A stretch of 64,000 nt of DNA, taken from positions 59,798 through 123,797 of the forward strand of contig MCFE01000220.1 in NCBI GenBank assembly GCA_002104905.1. The letters run 5' to 3'. The notes beneath the pieces are model-generated. The model was not told where the DNA came from. It was given only the letters and a program-made list of their open reading frames with translations, and searched no databases. Made by a program: the position numbers and the translations under genes. Origin of the DNA: Basidiobolus meristosporus CBS 931.73 (lineage: Eukaryota; Fungi; Basidiobolomycota). This document shows, in pieces, positions 1 through 11,282 of the stretch; the stretch's first letter is position 1; every line of letters begins with the position of its first letter.

Positions 1-1
1 G

Positions 2-1117
2 GAAACCGGTGATTTTACCATCGAGGCTGGTGCGCTCATGCTGGCCGACAATGGTATCTGCGCCATCGACGAGTTCGACAAGATGGACGTTGCCGACCAG
101 GTAGCTATCCACGAAGCCATGGAACAGCAAACCATTTCCATCGCCAAAGCGGGCATCCACGCCACCCTTAACGCGCGGGCGTCCATTCTGGCCGCTGCCA
201 ACCCGGTCGCCGGTCGATATGACAAGAAGATGACCCTTCGACAGAACATCAACATGTCCCCGCCCATTATGTCCCGTTTCGATCTGTTCTTCGTGATCCT
301 GGATGAATGCAACGAGACCACCGATTACAATCTTGCCCGGCATATCGTCAACGTGCACCGGTTCAAGGACGAGGCGTTGGAGCCGGAGTTCTCGACCGCA
401 CAGCTCCAAAGATACATCCGTTTCGCCCGCACCTTGAAGCCTAAGCTGACCCACGAGTCATCCAAACTGTTGTGGCAGAAGTATTGCGACCTTCGTTTGG
501 CTGACGCGAGCGGGCTCAGCAATAACTCGTACCGCATCACCGTCAGACAGCTCGAGAGCATGATCCGTTTGTCCGAGGCCTTGGCCAGAGTCCACTGTGA
601 CGAGGAGATCGGTACGAAGTACGTAAGAGAGGCGCATCGTCTGCTGCGTCAATCGATCATTCACGTTGAAACGGACGACACCGTGCTCGAGGATGAATCC
701 GAGGAGCAGGAGAAGCCCATCTCCTCCATGGACATGATGGAGGAGAGCGAGGAGATGTCCGCCGACCGTACCGACGACTCTTCCCAGATCCCCGAGAAGA
801 AGAAGATCGCCATCTCTCGTGACCATTTCAACGCCATCCGCAACATGCTTGTCCTTAAGTTGCGCCAGGTGGAGAATGATGACAACGACACCCCCATGAC
901 CAGAGGTCAGCTGATACAATGGTATCTTGAGCAGAAGGAAGACGAGATCGCGACCGAGGCGGAATTGGTCGCCGAGCAGAAGCTGGTCCACCAGGTGATC
1001 AAGAGTCTCATCACCAAGGAGAACGTGTTACTGGAAATCAAACCACCCAACTGGGTCGAGGGACAATCCTCGGAGAACGTCTACATCAGTGTTCATCCCA
1101 ACTTCGTTCTCTTCTAA
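2..1117 (+). CDS. MCM6: DNA replication licensing factor MCM6, 3' part (AAA+ core and C-terminal winged-helix region); 5'-truncated by the window edge
   Basis: Frame is open from base 2 (ETGDFTIEAGALMLADNGICAIDEFDKMD). Contains the MCM Walker B motif IDEFDKM, QVAIHEAMEQQTISIAKAGIHATLNAR, the arginine finger MSRFDLFF, ITVRQLESMIRLSEA and a VHPNF-type C-terminus typical of Mcm6. No introns seen. Confidence 0.93.
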   Translation, partial: ETGDFTIEAGALMLADNGICAIDEFDKMDVADQVAIHEAMEQQTISIAKAGIHATLNARASILAAANPVAGRYDKKMTLRQNINMSPPIMSRFDLFFVILDECNETTDYNLARHIVNVHRFKDEALEPEFSTAQLQRYIRFARTLKPKLTHESSKLLWQKYCDLRLADASGLSNNSYRITVRQLESMIRLSEALARVHCDEEIGTKYVREAHRLLRQSIIHVETDDTVLEDESEEQEKPISSMDMMEESEEMSADRTDDSSQIPEKKKIAISRDHFNAIRNMLVLKLRQVENDDNDTPMTRGQLIQWYLEQKEDEIATEAELVAEQKLVHQVIKSLITKENVLLEIKPPNWVEGQSSENVYISVHPNFVLF

Positions 1118-1280
1118 ATCCCCCCGCCTCCTCGACCACTATCGCTTTCCCTGATACATAGATGACTAGCGAACCCCTCCCCCCATTTATTTTCGGAATC
1201 ATCCGTGTTGGTTTACATTTCTCTTGTGTATATATTTCAAATAAATCGTAGCTCAACCGAAACCTAACCTAGCGCTCACC

Positions 1281-3456
1281 TCAGAAACCACTTACCATGA
1301 ACGTCCATGCACCGGTCTCGTAGTGGTAATCCAAGAACCTCGTCCCCGCCATCGCCTGCAATCTCCTGACGTGACGCCGCACCTTGGCATGCCCTACCTC
1401 TCGGATGGGCATCCCGGTTGCCTGATCGGTGGGCCAGCATCGATTGATGGTGATGATGGCCGAGGTGTTGAGTCCCTTACCGGGAGGTGGCTTGCATTCT
1501 TCCTCGGGAAAGATTGTGCAGACCCTGCTCTCAAAACTCACCACCTCCCCGGGGATACTCGCCACCGACGAAAGCCCTGACAAATCGACCGTTTCCAAGA
1601 ATCGTACCTTACCGTATCCCGTACGCCCCACTTCCAACCCCTCCACTCTCTTCAGCTGCGCCGGGGTCATGGTTTTAAGAATGGCCAGTGGTGGCGACAT
1701 CCAATACTCACCTTCCGCCTCCCGCTTGGCCACATCGCTCCCATCCTCGGTAAGTAAATCAGGCGTCGCCGTGGAGACGGGGGATGGATGGGCTGCTGGG
1801 GTGCGCATCGGCCTGCCAGGACCACCAACAGGTGGGCCAGATCCCAGAATCGCACCCCTCCCCTCACTCGAGTCGTCTGCGGAGTTTTCACTTGAAATAG
1901 CGCTCGGCATATCGATGTCAACGCCGGACGAAGGGTCATTCAGCTTCGAGGCGATTTCGCCTGTCTGAATGTCGGTGGAGCCCACCATCCCAGATGTAGG
2001 AACCACGGTGGACGGGCTAAGGGGAGACTGCGACTTGTAGTGACGGAGTTTGATACGGGTCCTGTCACGTGGCGTGATCCCTCTAGATGGTGATGCAGTG
2101 GGAACCCGCTTATCTGACCCCCATTTCACTTTCGGTTCAGCGCCGCTCCCTGAGGGGCCCTCGCTAGGCGGGGTCGGATTTCTTGCCGCGGGTCCGTTCA
2201 AAGAAACATCGGAGAAAAGCGGATTATTTCCGTATGGATACCTATCAATGGCTGCCTGTAGAACGGGTTGCTCTTTGCTGGCAACAGGTTCCGGCGGGCT
2301 AGTAGACTGGCTCACATTGGCGGGGTGATCATTCGGAATATTCGCGTTGGCTTGCGGAGTGTATCCGGCGATCGGGGTGGTGGTGTTGGTGATAGGATCG
2401 TAGGTGATCGGAATATCGCTAAACAAGTAAGGTCTGCGCGTATGTGAAGAGTTACCTCCTGGGTTAGACGAAGGTGCGGGCCGCTGTTGCTGGAATGGGC
2501 TAGGGTTGACGAGGTATGTGGGGTTGGCTGTTGAAAGAAGTGAGCTAACAGTCGATAGAATCCCAAACAATCCTTGATTTACCTGACGAGACGGTGGATG
2601 CGTCTGCCATAACCCGAGAAGGGTTGCTGCGCTCGGGGGAAATGTTTGCGACTGAGACCACTGCACTGAACGGGTTATACCCTTCAGGTCGGTGCTGTTG
2701 AGGTCTCCTGCCTTGTTGGTAATCCTGTAGTCGCAGCTCCTCGAACGAGTGCCTCTCGTAAAATGGCATGGCGCTGATGCTTTGGAACCAGGTGTTCCTC
2801 CTTGGCTCAAAGTTGGTCGCCTCGGTTACCATCCTCGGGGCGAACGAGGGGGTAGATGTTCCTTTGGGCCCCCCGTTGAACGTATTCGCGTTACTCAAGA
2901 CTACGTTTCGACCGAAGAGGCCGCCAGGGTTGGCTGACGAGCTCCAGGTAGCAGTCTGGCTTGAGCCTAGATTTGAAAGGTTAATTAACACTTGGGCTAG
3001 CACGCATACGCCGCGACACACGTCCACTTCACTCTCGTATCGCCAAGGCCGAGCTATCTGCAAGTCAACCGGTATAAGCTGCATAGGGCTCGTTCACAAA
3101 GGACTGGCTGCTTACTTGAGTTGAAACATCCTGTTGGCACAGGTGGGATGGTTTGGTTGGCGAAGGCCGAGGATGGGTCTCGTGAGTTCCCTGTCCGGTA
3201 AACAAGCAAAAGAGCAGTTAGTGCACAAGGTGGTAAACCTGGCCAGAAGCTGTTCAACCACTTACCAAAGCAAGATTGCTCGAACGGCTTACCGAAAATA
3301 GAGGAGGGAGCGCTCGAAAACCTAGCGCCTCCGTTCTCCTGCGCTACATACCAGAATGGTTAGTGGGTGACGCGAGGTGCAAAAAGGCCGGAAAGACTCC
3401 CGAAACTAACCTCTACCGAACGCGGAAAAACTACCGGTGGTGGAGTTGCCGAACAT
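1281..3456 (-). CDS. Nup98/Nup116-like nucleoporin, ~609 aa; exons 3456-3411, 3343-3266, 3190-3116, 2966-2583, 2527-1281
   Basis: N-terminus MFGNSTTGSFSAFGR; GLEBS motif FQSISAMPFYERHSFEELRLQDYQQGRR; C-terminal Nup98 autoproteolytic-type domain (YWMSPPL...VGRTGYGKVRF...GKGLN...GAWTF). Four GT-AG introns (GTTAGT, GTAAGT, GTAAGC, GTAAAT; CTAAC/TTAAC/CTCAC branch-like sites) are all phase 1, and the exons sum to 1830 nt (610 codons). Intron 3 boundaries and the last few codons are less certain. Confidence 0.8.
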
Positions 3457-3794
3457 TCTGGTGGGTTTAGTTGTATATGTGTCAACACTGGTGCTGGTAG
3501 AAGGGATATGGTGACTGTTCTTTGTGTTGTCTGGAATGCAGTGACCACTATCCCACAGTGACTTTTTATAGTACCCAACTTATTTGAAGTGCTCCTGATG
3601 GTGGATCATATTTGTATTAGATGATTGATCCATTTATTGGGCTAGGTCGATCGATTTCCGCAGTCATAGATTGGCCAGTGCAATTAATAATGCAGGGTGA
3701 TGTGGCCTCATTGTCTACTCGTTATTACAATCACCTCCAATATCTTTGGAAACTCTCACAACAAGCTACAGGCCCCAAACAGGCCATATCTGCA

Positions 3795-4085
3795 ATGTCT
3801 GTCATAGATATTCCTGGAACCTTCCCCTCTGCCAAAAAGCTGGATAGACCCAACTATCAGACCTGCAAGGTGAAGATGAAGTTGATGTCACCAGAATGAG
3901 GTATTTGAGATATTCTCATGGAAGCAGAAAACCCTCCTAGAGATGTAAGAGAAGAAGCTTAAAGGGATCAAACAAAGGAACAAAGTGCTTCTAACTCCAT
4001 AAACTGAATATCAAAGACAAACAGCTAATTCATTGTTAAGCTTGAATACCAAAGAATGCTCAGAAGGGATTAGGAGACACCATCT
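3795..4085 (+). pseudogene. Degraded Ty1/copia gag 5' fragment, cut off by the copia-A insertion
   Basis: MSVIDIPGTFPSAKKLDRPNYQTCKVKMK parallels MSTTAITGIFPSAEMLDGSNYQVWKVKMK at 4467; contains stops and frameshifts. Confidence 0.7.
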
Positions 4086-4088
4086 AAT

Positions 4089-4435
4089 TGTTGAAAAATT
4101 TGTATTTCCACCTAAATATTCACCTAACTTAGTCACTTAGATCATTACCTTCATATCCTAGAGAATACTGACCAAGTTCCTTGTTGGGATTTACTTGGAA
4201 TATTTTCACCAAAATACCAGGTACCAGAACATGAAAATTCTCAAAGTTGTCCAAACAGCCCTACGCTTTGCACACATGTTCTTGGGACCTTCCTTAACCT
4301 ATTCTATGTGTTTGTTATGCCAAGACCATGTAAAAGTATAAATACTACTTTTACATTCAATAAATCATTAAGTGAAAACCACATAATCTACTTGTCCTCC
4401 CAATCACTTCCAATATCTCCAAGACTCTTACAGCA
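4089..4435 (+). repeat. Family A 5' LTR (347 bp)
   Basis: TGTTG...CAGCA termini; homologous to copies at 7174, 9167 and 22230; directly followed by the PBS. Confidence 0.85.
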
Positions 4436-4447
4436 GGTTATGAGCCC
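4436..4447 (+). promoter_or_regulatory. Primer binding site GGTTATGAGCCC (half-tRNAiMet type)
   Basis: Abuts the LTR; complementary to the GGGCUCAUAACC anticodon arm of fungal initiator tRNA-Met, as in yeast Ty5. Confidence 0.8.
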
Positions 4448-4466
4448 CAAGCTGTCACTCTCTGCA

Positions 4467-6152
4467 ATGTCTACTACTGCTATTACTGGAATTTTTCCCT
4501 CTGCTGAAATGTTGGATGGATCTAACTACCAAGTGTGGAAGGTGAAGATGAAGATGCTACTACAAGAAAGAGGCCTTTGGGATATTGTCATGGGAGAAGA
4601 ATGCCCTCCTAAAAATGTGGGAGAGGAAGCCTTAAAGTACCAGAAGAAAGAAAAAAGGGCCTTTAACTGCATTTGCCTTAATGTTAAGGACAAATTGCTA
4701 ATTCAATGCTCAAGAGCAAAAATGGCAAAGAATGCCTGGAAGGCATTAGAAGACACCTACCAGTCATGTTCAGCTGCTAAGAAAATGTATCTGAGACAAA
4801 AATTCTTTACTACCAAGATGCTGCCAGGAGAAGAATTGAAAAATCTAATTAACAGAATTACCCTGCTGGTAGATGAGATGGAATCTGTGGGCATACCAAC
4901 TACTGATGAGGATGTGATAGTTACCGTCCTGAATAGCCTGACAGACAGGTTTCAGGGCCTTGTATCAGCCCTAGAGTCCAGAACTGAAGATTTGACCTTA
5001 AATTACATATATGGAAGGCTCCTGGAAGAAGAATTAAGAAAATCAAGCACCAATAAGAAGGAAGAAGAAAATGCTTTAATAAGCAATGATAACCAACAAA
5101 GGAGGTACCCAAGACCCTACAAAGGCAACAGCAACCTGTTTTGCAACTACTGCAAATGGAAAGGACACACATCAGACCGGTGCCTCAAAAAGAAAGATAA
5201 TCAGCAAAAGAAGCCTGAATATGGAAATGCTGCAACAACTAAAGATAGACTATTCATATCTGCACTAAATATGACCACAAACAAGGATTCTCAGATGTGG
5301 TATATTGACTCTGGAGCTTCTCAACACTTTACACACCAAAAAGAACTTTTTACCTAATATCAAGAAATTCCAATTAAGAAGGTTTTCATGGGTGACAATA
5401 GAACACTTGATTCAGTGGGAGAAGGAACTATCCAAGTAAACCTTAGGAGCAGTGAAGGAAGCCATACACCCACCTTTAAAGAAGTACTCTATGTACCAGA
5501 AATAGTCAAGAACCTACTATCTGTAAGCAAGGCCACTGCAGAAGAACTCAGTTTCAGCTTTGACAATTCTGGATGCAAGATCACTGATCAAAATGGTGCC
5601 CAAATTGCTTTGGATATCAGAGATCAGAACCTATACAAGTTGACTTATATTCCATCATATCTGGAAGCCAACATAAGTAACTTAAATGAAGGAACACCAA
5701 TGCTTTGGCACAGGAGATTTGGGCACATCAATTTTGATTATTTGCGCAAAATGATCAAAGATCAGCTAATTTCTGGAGTAAAAATTGATCCCCCAGCTAA
5801 TTTGGAGCACTGTGAAGCCTGCATATATGGGAAACAAGCCAGACAACTGTTCAAGAGCTCTGCGTTAATCAAAACTAAGAAAAAATTAGATCTAATTCAC
5901 TCAGATCTGTGTGGATCTATGCAAAATTTATCCTTAGGCGGGATGAAGTATTTAATCACTTTTATTGAAGATTATACAAGATACACATGGGTCTTCTTCA
6001 TGGAGAGAAAGGAAGAAGCTCTGTCTAAGTTCAGGGAGCTTAAAGCCATGGTGGAGAGAGAAACTGGTGAAAAAATCCAGAAAATACACTCTCACAATGA
6101 TGGGGAATATACCTCAAATCTCTTCATCCACTTCTGCAAAATCATGGGATAA
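4467..6152 (+). pseudogene. Copia A gag-protease-integrase with an in-frame stop at 5355-5357
   Basis: Gag with CNYCKWKGHTSDRC knuckle, protease WYIDSGASQH, GAG-pre-integrase LWHRRFGHIN...CEAC, integrase HSDLCG and IHSHNDGEY. The two ORF-track pieces (4308-5357, 5388-6152) are in the same frame. Confidence 0.85.
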
Positions 6153-7173
6153 AGCAAGACACTACTGTATCATACTCTCACAGCAAGATGATGTAGCAGA
6201 ATATGCAAGTAGTTAAATGACTGATATGGCAAGATATATGACACATGATCAAATAATATCCTATGACTTTTGGGTGTAAGCAGTTGCCACTGCTGTATAC
6301 CTTGAAAATAGTAGTTATAACAAAATACTTGGCAATTCTACTCCAATTGAAGCATAGTAAGGATATAGACCAAGCACAGATCATCTAAAAGAGCTTGGGT
6401 ATACAGCATATGCTAGGAAACTGCCCAGGAATAGGTGAAATTTTCAGTCAAAAATTCAAAACTCTGACAATCAGGATTGCATCAGAGTAAAGCAGTGAAT
6501 ATTTTCTCACTCTGAAAAGCTCTACAACCATGGTGCAGCCTAAATCAGTACTTAAGAATATCCTAGTAGTGAGCATTCCAGTATCACCAACCAGGTTATA
6601 CTGGAAAGAAATAGCAAGATACTAAATTAATGACAGTATGACTTAGCCAATCCCTATTCAGTCCATCTTGATGGGCCCCAGACTGTAAAAGAGGCCCTAA
6701 ATAGTCCTCAGACAAAGTCTTGGAGATCTGCCATGACTGAGGAGTATCTGGCCCTAATGGAAATCAAACCTGGGACTTGATCAAATTACCAGTCAACCAA
6801 AAATTAATTTGATGCAGATTGGTCTTCAAGACAAATTACAATGCTGATTAAACAGATAAGAGATACATAGCAACACTTGTGGCCAATGGATACTTGCAAA
6901 CAAAAATACCTGCCTATAGTAAGACCTTTGCACTGGTACCTAATGTCATGAACACATGACATCCTTGATCTAATATGATTCAGCCATGAAGTTGGTGAAG
7001 AAATCCCAGTTCCTTCCAAAAAATTCTACTACATTCTAGCAACTTCTGGAAAGCTCCAAGTCAATATTACAAAATGGAAAAATCAATGGAAGCTTCCCTT
7101 TGGAGTTTAAATAGCTCAATACCATATATGGTAGGTGCATGTCACATGAACTAGTCACATGACCAGATGACTC

Positions 7174-7521
7174 TGTTGTAAGAGTCTTGGAGATATTTGA
7201 AGTGATATGGGAGGACAAGTAGATTATGTGGTTTTCACTTGATGATTTACTGAATGTAAAGTAGTATTTATACTTTTACATGGTCTTGGCATAACAAGCA
7301 TGTAGAATAGGTCAAGAAAGGTCCCAAGAACATGTGTACAAAGTTTGGGGCTGTTTGGACAACTTTGAGAATTTTCATGTTCTGAGTACCTGATATTTTG
7401 GTGAAAATATTCCAAGTAAACCCAACAAGGAATTTGGTCAGTAGTCTCTAGGATATGAAGGTAATGATCTAAGTGACCAAGTTAGGTGAATATTTAGGTG
7501 GAATTACAAACTTTTACAACA
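7174..7521 (-). repeat. Solo LTR, family A, TSD GACTC
   Basis: Reverse homolog of 4089-4435; GACTC at 7169-7173 and 7522-7526. Confidence 0.88.
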
Positions 7522-9166
7522 GACTCTTGGCATATCTACGTGTGATGTTCTAGTCTGTTCTTTAATATATTTATACCTTAGCACACTTACTGTGCCTCAC
7601 CCCATAGCCCCATTAGTATTTGCCAATATCTCTTGGCATCCATAATGCCAAAAAGTATATATAGTGCTATCCCCCCTTATTTATTCCTCAGTCTGATAAA
7701 CACAGATCTTGAATATACAGCCTTGACTTGAAAATCCATCTTGCCTAGCTCTACTCTCCTGCCTTGTGTCTATTCTCAAGAGCTAGGTTTAATCACATCA
7801 GATTTATATTGGCTATTGCAACCAAGTATTAGCTCTTTATATACCAAATGGTTGTCAAAGCTGCATTTTTGAATGAGGAGCTTAATAAGAACATGTATGA
7901 GAACTAGTCTGATGGATTTGCAAACCAAGACAACCCCTATTTGGTCAGCAGGCTCCATATTCACTATCTGTACTCCAACAGTCACCAAGAGCCTGGAATT
8001 GTGTAGATTCTTATTAGAAATCTTTGAGTTTCCAAAGGGGCACCCCTACTACAGCATATTCTATAAGCCAGATAGAATAGATCCAGCTCTATCAGCTCTA
8101 CATGCTGATGAACTTTTTATAGCTGCCAATAATCTTGACACATTGGAAGATACTAGATCCAGCCTATCTAAGGAGTTCAAGATGTCAGATCTAGAAGATC
8201 TCAGTTACTTATTAGGAATATAGTTCTTCATAGATTGAAGTACCCAGACTATAACCCTAAGCCAACTCAGGTATATTCAATATATGTTAAAGAAGTATCA
8301 AATGGAAAACTTTACACCTACAGCTACCCAAATAGAGACACCTTAAATTGGTCAAAACACAATTGGATTAAGAGAGCTTAGTGCCATCTGAAGACTCTGA
8401 CTATCCTTATCAATTTAAGGTTGGTGGTCTGATGTATATCATGCTTGGAACATGTCCCATATCTGATACCTGATGGGGCTTGTCAGCCTGCATAATCAGA
8501 ACTATGGATCTAAACATATTGCAGCAGTTAAGTAGATTTCAGATATCAACACAGAACTGCTGATATCTGCTTAAGGTACCCCTAGTGGAGTTCAGAACAA
8601 GATTTTGTGAGATGCTTTGACTCTGATTGAGGACAAAATTATGAGGACTGAAGATCCACCACAGGATACACCATTCCCTATGAAAAATAATTTGGTCCTA
8701 CAGGTGGATCCAATCTGGATCAGCCATCAGGATCCTGTTAAGAGACCGTCAAAATACAAGCAGCTTGGAACTAGTGACCCTCTTAACAATCTTATTATGG
8801 GATCATGACAGCGTTTTGCTAATTTTTCTGCCAAATAAAATTATAAAACTTGACAGGACTTTTTTGGTGCTGCAACAATGATTGCATTGCATTATTGAGG
8901 TCTGATTGTGCTCTAGAACTATTTTAAATGGATCCATCTGGCCAGGACATCCAATTGACTTATATGGCAAAAATCTTGACAGCATTTCAATGACCTTACA
9001 GCAAGACTCTGGTAGCATTATAATGGCAGTATGGTGGCCTACAGCTAGTTCTATATAATACTACCATACCAATTCACCAAATGGTATTTTTTCTCTACCT
9101 CCCCTTGTGAAATTCATATACTCCACTGTAGAATCACCCCTCTTTATTTGCTTACCCACTACTACC

Positions 9167-9515
9167 TGTTGTAAGAGTCTTGGAGATATTGGAAGTGATT
9201 GGGAGAACAAGTAGATTATGTGGTTTTCACTTAATGATTTATTGAATGTAAAAGTAGCATTTATACTTTTACCTGGTCTTGGCATTACAAACACGTAGGA
9301 TAGGTTAAGGAAGGTCCCAAGAACATGTGTGCAAACTTTGGGGCTGTTTGGTCAACTTTGAGAATTTTCATGTTCTGGGTACCTGGTACTTTGGTGAAAG
9401 TATTCTAAGTAAATCCCAACAAGGAATTTGGTCAGTATTCTCTTGGATTTGAAGGTAATGATCTAAGTGACTAAGTTAGATGAATATTTAGGTGGAATTA
9501 CAAATTTTTACAACA
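9167..9515 (-). repeat. Solo LTR, family A, TSD CTACC, nested in DNA transposon copy 1
   Basis: CTACC at 9162-9166 and 9516-9520; TG...CA termini. Confidence 0.88.
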
Positions 9516-9529
9516 CTACCTTGGGTATT

Positions 9530-10940
9530 CCACATATATTTCAAATCAAAAAACACTATGACCTCCTACTTACTAACCTCTACAAACACACATACCTGCC
9601 ACAGTTGACATACTTCTATCACCTCAACTTTATGGCTTTTTAATGTGATACTTGCAAAGTTGCCATATACCAAGTACTGCTGGTAACAAATACATCTTGC
9701 AAACAAATGCTTAGTTGTTGCCACTTCTGCCATTAGTACCTCCTGAATATCTGCAATACATATCCAGTTCATCCAGTCCTTGCATTTGTATTGTTGCATA
9801 TGCATATGAATATTAATTGGAGCCTGCAAGAAGTACTTAGGGTAGCAGATACTCTGAAATATCATGCCAATTCCTTCAAATTTCTCCAGTATCTCAAAGG
9901 GCCCATTTAGCTTGAAATGCCCCATGTACAACTTGGCTATCAGTATAGGGATATTGCTGAAAGCAAATACATTGCTCCCTGTAGAAAGCTTTTGATCTAA
10001 CAGATACCCTCATCTTAAGTATCTCTGGTTTCCAGCTGATTCCATATTCCAGCCAATAGCTAATAGCTTGCCAACTTTGCTGCAATTGCATGCTGACTTC
10101 TGTATATTGTCTCTGTGGGAATATGATGTTGTTAGTGCTGGTGTTTTGGTAATAACAATGTGTGTGAGTTATGGAGTATATCCCCTGGATCTGACACATT
10201 TGACAGCAATACTTTCCATTGCGCCTGGAAAAACCTGCTATCTTACTGATGGCTGAGGTATTTCCAATGCAGATAATAATATGAGCTTTTACATCCAGCA
10301 ATAGATAGAGGTAGCTATCCAGGTTGGATGGTGATTTAGGCCCAGATACCAGTATGATTACCAGCATATTATTGCTCTGATACCATAAGATGGGCAGCAG
10401 ACTCAGATTGATGAGAATCAGTGGCCAGAAGGATTTGCTGGTAGTGTACTTGTTCAATGAGAATTAATCAAGTGCTAAGGCAAAAGCATGGTTATACATA
10501 CCTTTAAAGTAGCCCTTGCTTCTTAGCTGTTTTTAATGTTTGCCATCACATATATTGGATATGTTTGTGCCTGATATTAATGGGAACATGCCACTTCTCT
10601 AGCCACAACATTACATCATTCACCAATAGATGGACTACTGGGTTCACTTAACTTGTTAAAGTATCCTTGCCATTTTTTTATGGATGTTGTCTCATTGCAA
10701 AATAGGATTTTGCCAGATTCATGCAGGGTACTGTTGTTAGGGAAGATAGGACCACAATCCATCAGTGAGCCTGCTTCTCCAGAGCTATCAATCTGCGTGC
10801 CATATTCAGAAAGCTGTGGTGAGCCTAAAGGCGTCACAAACTCACCTGACTCAGTTTGCGCAAGGTGACAAAGACAGTCAGTTGCCAATATAAAAGTATC
10901 AACTGGCTGGCAAGATAATGTTGGTACAGTAGTGACCAAT
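9530..10940 (-). pseudogene. Degraded Tnp2-family (Transposase_21-like) transposase
   Basis: Reconstructed motifs DGKH.KQLRSKGYF..AFALALD, SKSFWPLILINLSLLP...SGPKSPSNLDSYL, ICIGNTSAISKIAG..NGKYCCQMCQIQG and QAPINIH..YKCKDWMNW match the fungal En/Spm Tnp2 pattern; many stops and deletions. Confidence 0.75.
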
Positions 10941-11282
10941 GAATGGTCAAATATGACTTGTGTGGCAAAACACTGGCCATGATCCTTGTAATACTTCCTA
11001 TGCTGTCTGCATGCTCTATGGCCAAGAAACTTGCTACAATAGCCACATGGTCTTTTTTATCTTCTGTTATGGTGTTTTATCACAGTAGTCTTGTCCATGG
11101 GGAAAAGAGTTTGACCTTCAACAATGTAATGCTATTATATCACTTTTTGATCAATACATATGTGAATTAAGACAGTCTTGTATTTGAGACATTGCTCCTA
11201 CATGAATGTAAGATTTAATGATGACCTGCCATAGTAAGCATTATAAACAAAGTTGTGGCACCACATACACACTAATACATAA

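Noticed and set aside
458-991. 177-aa minus-strand ORF and other short ORFs over MCM6 and the Nup98-like gene
   Set aside because: Antisense or alternate-frame shadows in GC-rich coding DNA with no recognisable motifs.
2811-3084. ATG starts at 2810 and 3084 given by the ORF track
   Set aside because: Both ORFs are pieces of one spliced gene; the phase-consistent model starts at 3456 with MFG.
4308-4466. N-terminal extension of the 349-aa ORF
   Set aside because: It lies inside the LTR and PBS; homology to other copia gag starts begins at 4467.
6940-7790. Possible additional solo LTR around the 7174 insertion
   Set aside because: Has LTR-like motifs (ACCATATATGGT, GTCACATGA) but I could not define termini or a TSD.
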